64,000 nucleotides of DNA, taken from contig CBFGKH010000003.1 of assembly GCA_965649295.1 (NCBI GenBank), positions 96,001 through 160,000 of the forward strand, read 5' to 3'. The position numbers and the translations under genes are program-made. Each line of letters opens with the position of its first letter. The first letter of the stretch is position 1. A model generated the notes under the pieces. The model ran no database searches, had not been told where the DNA came from, and saw nothing but the letters and a program-made list of their open reading frames with translations. Shown here piece after piece: positions 57,128 through 64,000 of this stretch. Origin of the DNA: a candidate division WOR-3 bacterium (lineage in GTDB: Bacteria; Hydrothermota; Tepidihabitantia; Tepidihabitantales; Tepidihabitantaceae).

Positions 57128-59137
57128 GTGAGAGGCAGATCTTTACAGGATTCGCTCCGCACCCGCCGGGGAATGCTAGTCATCACTGTCACTACTGCCC
57201 TGCTAGCAGTCTTGCTCTATCTGCCGACAATCCGTTACGGCTTCGTCTGGGACGACAACCTGCTCATCACTCGTAATCAGTTCCTGCAACAGGCAAACCC
57301 CCGCGATTTAATCGTGCATGGATTCTGGCATGGCAGTCCTGACCCGGTCGAAGGGCCGGCTGCGTCTTATTACCGACCGCTCACAACCTTTTCTTTCTGG
57401 CTCGACCGGAGTTTGTGGGGCCTCCGGGCGGCCGGTTTCCACTTCACCAACATAATCCTCAACGCAATAACAGCCGCGCTGGTAACGCTGATTATCTGGG
57501 AGCTCCTCCATTCCGGTGTCTGGGCACTGATCGGCGGACTACTATTTCTCACCCATCCCGCCCATGTCGAATCAGTCGCCTTCATCTCCGGCCGCACCGA
57601 CCTACTTGCCGGCATGTTCGTGGCGCTGGCGAGCGTCGCCCTGCTAAGATCGTTACGCAAGAATGACGCCCGCTGGAACATCGTTGTGATTCCTGCCTTC
57701 ATTCTTGCCATTCTCAGCAAGGAAACCGCCGTCGTTTTCCCATTCCTTGCCGCCATCACGCCGTTGCTGGTCAGCAAGCGCTATGACCGTTGGTACTGGC
57801 TACCGGTCATCGGCATGGGTCTCGCATTGCTAGGCTACTGGTTGCTTAGAAAGTGGCTCGTGCCGGTTCAGCTCATCCCCCCTTCTCCGGCCCCGCTCGG
57901 TGCGCGCCTTACTGAGATTGCCAACACCGCCGGACTTTATGTCCGCACCTTTTTCTACCCCTTTACCCACCGTGCCAAGATACCAATCGACATCGGCTTC
58001 TTGACGCCAACCTCAAACGCCATCATCGCTCTGCTCTTCGTCGTCACCGTCCCGCTCGTCGCCATCCGTCGTCGCTTTCGAGCAATACTCTGGGGCTACG
58101 CTTGGACCCTACTCTTTCTTCTGCCTGTCGCGGGCATCGTTGCCATTGGCCCCCAGGCTGCTGAACGTCTGCTCTACATCCCATCAGCCGGCATGGTCAT
58201 GATCATTGTTACACTAGTCTCACGACTTCTTGCTGGTCGCGTTCGACTCCGGCAGCTTGCCGCCGCCGGACTTGTTCTTGTTGCCGTCGTGTTTGCTGTT
58301 GACGCGGCGCTGCGCAGCCGTATCTGGCAGTCTGACTTGACCCTGTTTAGTGCTATGGTCAGCGAGGCGCCGCGTTCGCCCAGCGCCCACGCCAATCTGG
58401 CTGATGCCCTTGCCGCCACCAATCCCGATTCAGCGATCAAGCTCTATAATCGGGCGATTACGCTCGACCAGCGCTACACCCACGCATACATCAACAGCGC
58501 CATCCTGTTCAGCCGCCTCGGCGACCACCGTCAGGCAATCCACAATCTGCGGCTCGCTGCCGAACTCCGTCCTGGCTCGGCAATGGTACTCGACAACCTG
58601 GCTGCTGCATTCCTCGCCGCGGCTATGCCGGAAAGTGCCCTTGTAACGCTCGGTCGCATCGAGACAGCGAGCTCAACGCTCTACGTCAAACGCGCCGCGA
58701 TACTGGAAGCGCTCAACCGGCCGGCCGCAGCCGAGTCGAGTCTGCGCCTCGCACTCAGCATGGATTCACTTCTTCCAGTTGCCCGCTACGGTCTCGCCTC
58801 TCGCTTCATGCGGACCGGTCAAGCTGAGAGCGCGTGGAAGTACATGCCAAGGCAGTACGAAAACACGCCCGAGTTCGCTCCTGACTGGAATCGTTTGGGT
58901 TCGCTATTGGTTAGCCAGGGCGATACTGGTCGCGGTGAGACGTGCTACCGCCGCGCCCTGGCCCTCGACTCCAATCTGGTTCCGGCGCTCTACAATCAAG
59001 CTGTACTGCTCTTGAACCAAGGAGACAGTGTCAATGCCCGCCGCCTCATTGACCGCGCTCTACGTTTACGACCTGACCTAGTGCCGCTAAGAACCCTCCA
59101 ACAGCAATTGACCGGCACCAAGCAGACTGGTCGCTAG
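57128..59137 (+). CDS. TMTC-like (GT-C) membrane glycosyltransferase with C-terminal TPRs
   Basis: FVWDD, YYRPLT, FHFTN, HPAHVESVAFISGR.DL, SKE, AER.LYIPS, W.SD..LF, then TPRs. Confidence 0.85.
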   Translation: MRGRSLQDSLRTRRGMLVITVTTALLAVLLYLPTIRYGFVWDDNLLITRNQFLQQANPRDLIVHGFWHGSPDPVEGPAASYYRPLTTFSFWLDRSLWGLRAAGFHFTNIILNAITAALVTLIIWELLHSGVWALIGGLLFLTHPAHVESVAFISGRTDLLAGMFVALASVALLRSLRKNDARWNIVVIPAFILAILSKETAVVFPFLAAITPLLVSKRYDRWYWLPVIGMGLALLGYWLLRKWLVPVQLIPPSPAPLGARLTEIANTAGLYVRTFFYPFTHRAKIPIDIGFLTPTSNAIIALLFVVTVPLVAIRRRFRAILWGYAWTLLFLLPVAGIVAIGPQAAERLLYIPSAGMVMIIVTLVSRLLAGRVRLRQLAAAGLVLVAVVFAVDAALRSRIWQSDLTLFSAMVSEAPRSPSAHANLADALAATNPDSAIKLYNRAITLDQRYTHAYINSAILFSRLGDHRQAIHNLRLAAELRPGSAMVLDNLAAAFLAAAMPESALVTLGRIETASSTLYVKRAAILEALNRPAAAESSLRLALSMDSLLPVARYGLASRFMRTGQAESAWKYMPRQYENTPEFAPDWNRLGSLLVSQGDTGRGETCYRRALALDSNLVPALYNQAVLLLNQGDSVNARRLIDRALRLRPDLVPLRTLQQQLTGTKQTGR

Positions 59138-60774
59138 TAGCGAGCAGCTATCGGCATCCGCCAGCCGGTCCCAAAAGCCCGATCGGTAACTTTGATGCTA
59201 GGGGCAGCTTGCTTTCGCTTGAACTCGCTGCGAGCAATCGCACGAACAACCCAGTCAACAGTATCCTGCTCGAAACCGGCGGCAACAATCTCAGCCACCG
59301 ATTGTCCCTGGTCAACGTAGCGTGATATAATCTCATCAAGCACATCATACGGCGGGAGCGTATCCTGGTCTCGCTGATTCGGTTTCAACTCAGCCGACGG
59401 CGGTTTGCTAATGGTTGCTGCCGGAATCACTTCCCGATGGCGGTTAATGTAACTGGCAAGCTGATAGACCATTGTTTTCGGTACATCACCGATTACTGCC
59501 AGTCCGCCACTCATATCGCCATAAAGGGTGCAATAACCGACTGCCAGCTCGCTCTTGTTGCCGGTCGAAAGTACCATCCTGCCAGCCTTGTTGGCAAGTG
59601 CCATCAGAATGTTGCCACGCACACGGGCTTGGATGTTCTCCTCAGTCGTGTCCGGCGCAAGACCAGCAAACTCAGGTTCAAGTGCCTGCCGATAGGCAGC
59701 GACAACTTGCTGAATTGGAATAGTCAGGAACCGAATCCCGAGCCTCTGGGCTAGACACCGCGAGTCTTCGACACTGCCAGCCGATGAGAACTCCGATGGC
59801 ATCGTAACCCCAAGCACGGCATCACTACCCAGAGCGGCAACGGCAATACAAGCAGTCACTGCCGAATCGATTCCGCCCGACAGACCAATAACCACATTCC
59901 TAAATCCACACTTCCTGACATAATCCCGCACCCCCAAGACCAGTGCATTGTGGACTAGCGCGATTCGGTCCTGCTGGACCGGTTCGCCGATTCTTCCGAC
60001 TGACTCGGTGTCAACAACGGTGATATCTTCCTCAAAAGCCGGCGAGACATGCTGACATCGTCCTGTTCGGTCAAATGCCATGCTGAAGCCGTCAAATACG
60101 AGGTCATCGTTACCGCCAATCTGATTGACAAACACGAACGGGACGCCCCAGCGACGGGCGTGACTGGCGAACAACCGGTAGCGCATGTCCTCCTTACCGA
60201 CAGTAAACGGCGAGGCAGCGAGATTGACGAGCAGAGTCGCCCCCGCTGTTGCTAGTTCGGTCACAGGGTCCCGGCAATACGGTTGTTTCTTGTCAGTGTC
60301 GGCTGGGTTCCAAGCATCCTCGCATATCGTAACCCCAATCCGCTCACCCCTGAACTCGACAATCCGACTCTCACTAGCTGGGTCAAAGTAGCGTGCCTCA
60401 TCAAACACGTCGTAAGTCGGAAGTAGCGACTTTGGTTGTCGTAGCAGCTCTCTCCCTTGGAAGGCCATTACCGCGACATTGTAAAGCCCTCTGCCGCAGG
60501 CCTGTCGGCTGGTGGCCACTGCGCCAAAGAGAACTGCAGTCGCCGGGTAATGTCCTGTCAGCTCAACAGCAGCAGTGAGGGCCTGTTCGCCACGTTCAAC
60601 GAACCATCTCCTTGTCAACAAATCCCGCGGTGGGTAGCCACAGAGAAAGAGCTCGGGTAGCACCACCAGGTCCGGCGCTGTCGCCTGGGTCTTTTCAAGA
60701 ACTGAGCGCAGTTTCGCCAAGTTTCCATCAAAGTCGCCGACGACCGGATTCAATTGGGCAATTGCAACCTTCAT
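59134..60774 (-). CDS. nadE: Glutamine-dependent NAD+ synthetase
   Basis: Nitrilase domain (PEL, K.LLPTYDVFDE, ICED) plus GLSGGIDS, ENIQAR, TGNKSE, YGD, PPSAEL. Confidence 0.97.
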   Translation of the reverse strand: MKVAIAQLNPVVGDFDGNLAKLRSVLEKTQATAPDLVVLPELFLCGYPPRDLLTRRWFVERGEQALTAAVELTGHYPATAVLFGAVATSRQACGRGLYNVAVMAFQGRELLRQPKSLLPTYDVFDEARYFDPASESRIVEFRGERIGVTICEDAWNPADTDKKQPYCRDPVTELATAGATLLVNLAASPFTVGKEDMRYRLFASHARRWGVPFVFVNQIGGNDDLVFDGFSMAFDRTGRCQHVSPAFEEDITVVDTESVGRIGEPVQQDRIALVHNALVLGVRDYVRKCGFRNVVIGLSGGIDSAVTACIAVAALGSDAVLGVTMPSEFSSAGSVEDSRCLAQRLGIRFLTIPIQQVVAAYRQALEPEFAGLAPDTTEENIQARVRGNILMALANKAGRMVLSTGNKSELAVGYCTLYGDMSGGLAVIGDVPKTMVYQLASYINRHREVIPAATISKPPSAELKPNQRDQDTLPPYDVLDEIISRYVDQGQSVAEIVAAGFEQDTVDWVVRAIARSEFKRKQAAPSIKVTDRAFGTGWRMPIAARY

Positions 60775-60865
60775 TGCTGTGGCTTAGGGTTACGAGCCAT
60801 ACTGCACATCAATCGAGGCAAGAACGACCCGGATAGCAGTCTGCCAAACTGCTAGAGCTTGTCAA

Positions 60866-61750
60866 TTGCCAGCCGTGACGCTATCATCGCTTTCCGTGCT
60901 ACCAGTACTCGTAATCATGCTGCTCGCTGGTGCGAACAACGGCCGCCAGCTTTTGCCCGACACTGTTGACCTATCCGCACACACGGTCGTCTTGTCAGTT
61001 GACGACGGCTATCAGTCTGTGTTCTCAACAATCTACCCCCTGCTCAAGAAGCACCGCATGCCAATGACCCTTGCGGTTATCGGCGGCTGTGTCGGTGATG
61101 GCCGGCCCTCCTACCGACCCAAGGAAAGATTCCTGAACCAAAGCGAAATCCGAGAAATGATAGACTCCTGTGGCATTGAGATTGCCAGTCACACGATGTC
61201 GCACCCTTGGTTGACGCGACTGGACTCTGCCACGGCCACGCGCGAGATTGCCGATTCCAAAGCCTTCCTTGAATCGCTCTTCAATGTCCCAGTCATAACC
61301 TTCGTCTATCCCTACGGCGACCAAAATGAACGTATCCGCCGTTTAGTAGCTCGGGCAGGCTACAAACTAGCCCGAGCAGTTAGAGCTGGCACACCGGACT
61401 TGGGCCGCGAACCGTACTTAATACCAGAGACCGAACTTCGCAAGGACCGCAGCCTTATGAGCGTTGCAAACCACATCATGGCGAACCAGACTACTGTCCT
61501 CCTGCTTCACCGCATAGTCGATTCTCCATCGGTCTTCACGGAATGGCCAACAGCCGATTTCGCTGCCCTCCTCGATTGGTTGAGCCGAACCGGTGCCAGG
61601 GTGACAACCCTTGCTCAATTGTACAACGAATGGTGGCGACTACGGCTGGCGAGAGAACTAGTTCAACAATTGCAACGGGCAGGATCGCAGCATCGCTGGC
61701 TATTCGAGGATGTAGACATCGACGCTACTCGAACTGCTCATCCCCGCTGA
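60866..61750 (+). CDS. Polysaccharide deacetylase (CE4/NodB) family protein
   Basis: SVDDGY, IASHTMSHP.L, FVYPYG, LLLH; N-terminal signal/anchor. Confidence 0.87.
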   Translation: MPAVTLSSLSVLPVLVIMLLAGANNGRQLLPDTVDLSAHTVVLSVDDGYQSVFSTIYPLLKKHRMPMTLAVIGGCVGDGRPSYRPKERFLNQSEIREMIDSCGIEIASHTMSHPWLTRLDSATATREIADSKAFLESLFNVPVITFVYPYGDQNERIRRLVARAGYKLARAVRAGTPDLGREPYLIPETELRKDRSLMSVANHIMANQTTVLLLHRIVDSPSVFTEWPTADFAALLDWLSRTGARVTTLAQLYNEWWRLRLARELVQQLQRAGSQHRWLFEDVDIDATRTAHPR

Positions 61751-62359
61751 AACAAACGCTGCCATATTCTGCCGCTTACCGATAAAAATATCTATATGCT
61801 TACCCTTCACAGCACTGCCTATGTCGTTGGCATAGAAGATGCCGTTCAAGGTCACCCCATCAACAACTATGTTCTCGGCCTGTGGTATGTAGAGTTTGGA
61901 CCCGACCGGAATTATCCTTGGGTCAACTGCAACCGATTTCAGATCGGTCAGCCGGTATCCGCCATAACCTAGGAACTTATCAACAACTTGGGCACGGTTG
62001 GCCCGCTTAAGATAGCTAACTCGGCGCCCGTCACGCAGCACCGCAGCGGCCTCAGTCTTGAACGCCCGAACAAACGCCGTTGAGAACCAGCCGAGCAAAC
62101 TGCCGTCGGCTGCGTACAGCTTCTGCGACTTTGCCTCAGGATACTCGGTTTCATCAACTGCCCAATAATAGGTCACTTTGAATCTTCCAAGATAACGGCC
62201 AGTTGATAGCTGAGGACCGACAGACCAATCTTTGGTCAGAAAGTCAGGCGGCTGGACTGCAACGGCCTCACTGCCAGAAGTCTGAGCCCTGGGCAGAAGA
62301 CAGGCAGCAACCAGCAGAATCGAACCAAATGGCCACTTCCGCACCCTATAATCCTCCAC
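61700..62359 (-). CDS. 3D-domain (MltA-like) exported protein
   Basis: SVAVDPRIIPVGS, ANDIGSAVKGKHIDIF; true start may be the downstream GTG (MRKWPFG). Confidence 0.87.
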   Translation of the reverse strand: MEDYRVRKWPFGSILLVAACLLPRAQTSGSEAVAVQPPDFLTKDWSVGPQLSTGRYLGRFKVTYYWAVDETEYPEAKSQKLYAADGSLLGWFSTAFVRAFKTEAAAVLRDGRRVSYLKRANRAQVVDKFLGYGGYRLTDLKSVAVDPRIIPVGSKLYIPQAENIVVDGVTLNGIFYANDIGSAVKGKHIDIFIGKRQNMAAFVSAGMSSSSSVDVYILE

Positions 62360-62673
62360 ATACAGACCAGAATGTCAAGCTAACCAAACAAGCAATTTTG
62401 CTCTCCACATGCTGGCAAATGGCATCTGCGCTAGCCAGGCGAAACCACCGCCTATCACTGTAAAGACATATTTTGCAATTACTTACACACTGAAAATCCC
62501 GACTAGCGACAGGGAGTGAGAGACTACAGGACGCTACCAGCGACGGTTTGGCTGACGGAATCTACGGAGAACCTGAGGGGGGAACTATTGTTGTCGTTCA
62601 GACCGAACTGGTTAGTGCGTTTCCGCAGGTGCTATGCTGGACTGATTGATTTAACTGCTTAGCATTATTGACC

Positions 62674-63705
62674 TTAGCCGATATCTAGCCGACACTGTCG
62701 GCTTTTACTGATGGGATAGCCGAGATGCTCGTAAGCCAACCGTTGAGCTACTCGGCCCCTAGGTGTTCGCTGCAGCAGGCCCTGCTGAACAAGAAACGGC
62801 TCATACACCTCTTCAAGCGTCCCGACTTCTTCGCCAACTGCAACAGCCAGCGATCCAATGCCGACTGGCCCACCATCGAAACGTTCGATAATGACAGACA
62901 GGATCCGCTTGTCCATCTCATCAAGACCCAAGCTATCCACATCCAGCCTGGCCAACGCATAGTTAGCTATGTCTAGCTCTATCATATCCTTATGCTCAAC
63001 CTGGGCGAAGTCACGCACTCGACGCAGGAGCCGATTGGCGATTCTTGGAGTGCCTCGCGACCGCCGTGCGATCTCTTGCGCTGCCTCATCGGTAATGCCG
63101 ATGCCGAGAATCCGAGCGGAACGTTGGACAACCAGTAAGAGCTCATCAGCTGGATAGTAATCGAGGTGAAAAGACATCCCGAACCGCGCACGCAGCGGTG
63201 CTGTCAACAATCCTGAGCGAGTGGTCGCACCAACTAGCGTGAATGGACAAAGCCGGATCTTCTCCGACCGCGCACCAGGCCCGCGGTCTATCAAGACATC
63301 GATGGAGTAGTCTTCAAGTGCTGGGTAAAGGTATTCCTCTACTGCCTTGTTTGTCCGATGAATCTCGTCCACAAAAAAAACATCGTTAGGGCCGAGTCCG
63401 GTCAAAATTCCGGCCAGGTCGGCCGGTCGCTCCAATACTGGTCCCGAGCTGGTACGAATGTTCGCCTGCATCTCATGAGCGATCACATTGGCCAACGTTG
63501 TCTTGCCCAAACCGGGTGGCCCAAACAGCAACACGTGTTCAAGCGGTTCCTGACGCATACGCGCTGCGTCGATAAAGACCCGTAGATTCTCCTTTAGCCG
63601 ACGCTGGCCGATGAACTCATCTAGGGTTCGTGGCCGTATCTGCTCATCGAGAATGTCCTCACCCTGCAATCGCTGGGGTGAGGAAATCCGCTCCTGGTGC
63701 ACCAT
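62674..63705 (-). CDS. ruvB: Holliday junction branch migration helicase RuvB
   Basis: [50 protein letters not shown]. Confidence 0.98.
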   Translation of the reverse strand: MVHQERISSPQRLQGEDILDEQIRPRTLDEFIGQRRLKENLRVFIDAARMRQEPLEHVLLFGPPGLGKTTLANVIAHEMQANIRTSSGPVLERPADLAGILTGLGPNDVFFVDEIHRTNKAVEEYLYPALEDYSIDVLIDRGPGARSEKIRLCPFTLVGATTRSGLLTAPLRARFGMSFHLDYYPADELLLVVQRSARILGIGITDEAAQEIARRSRGTPRIANRLLRRVRDFAQVEHKDMIELDIANYALARLDVDSLGLDEMDKRILSVIIERFDGGPVGIGSLAVAVGEEVGTLEEVYEPFLVQQGLLQRTPRGRVAQRLAYEHLGYPISKSRQCRLDIG

Positions 63706-63708
63706 AGC

Positions 63709-64000
63709 CTAATCCACTCGTAGCGCCTGCTTGAGTAGCTCTTGCAGCCCCATCCCGGGTATCCGCTTCACCCGAACCAGCCGCTGCTGTGCCTCGCGAC
63801 GCGACAGGCCAAGCGAAACAAGCGCGGCCTCCGCATCAGCGAGTATCGGCTCAATAGCAGGAACTGCCGGTGCAGCCTGCTGAAGCTTCTTTATGATAGT
63901 AGCCGCTTTCTGCGGTCCGATACTGGGAACCGTTTGTATCACATCCACACGACCGTCCGCCACTGCTGAAGCAATCTCAGCCGGGCTGAAACGCGAGAGG
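63709..64000 (-). CDS. ruvA: RuvA, C-terminal part (runs off window)
   Basis: HhH motif VPSIGPQKA, domain III DAEAALVSLG...EA...LLKQAL; immediately upstream of ruvB. Confidence 0.9.
   Translation of the reverse strand, partial: LSRFSPAEIASAVADGRVDVIQTVPSIGPQKAATIIKKLQQAAPAVPAIEPILADAEAALVSLGLSRREAQQRLVRVKRIPGMGLQELLKQALRVD

Overview
A GC-rich, gene-dense bacterial chromosome segment with no recognisable prophage, integrase, transposase or cas genes. Gene content suggests an anaerobic, diderm, protein/amino-acid-fermenting organism of the FCB-adjacent candidate phyla; WOR-3-like is my inference, not a database result. It carries ddl (partial), nfnAB, uvrB, a htrA-purB-2-oxoacid:ferredoxin oxidoreductase-acyl-CoA dehydrogenase operon, TamA/TamB-like-priA, hutU, an flxDCBA-like (MvhD/4Fe-4S/flavoprotein) operon, an ABC-F, tRNA-Leu(CAG), tRNA-Arg(CCG), a gingipain-like C25 protease, a lipoprotein-TonB receptor-CTD protein-PorV-clostripain cluster, accC, two nitroreductases, a TMTC-like glycosyltransferase, nadE, ruvB and ruvA (partial). 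The best candidate for an undescribed system is a gene the ORF track splits (31298..30546, minus). It encodes a 250-aa exported protein with a signal peptide, an in-frame UGA in a C-G-G-U (CxxU) motif, a bacterial SECIS-like hairpin just after the UGA, and a T9SS-like C-terminal sorting tail, i.e. a probable novel secreted selenoprotein. Other observations: a probably ATPase-dead PriA, a possible ACG start for nfnA, a frameshifted oxidoreductase subunit, many apparently leaderless genes, a tRNA-3'-end tandem duplication, and several unexplained repeat structures in long intergenic spacers. All protein calls come from motif recognition by eye.
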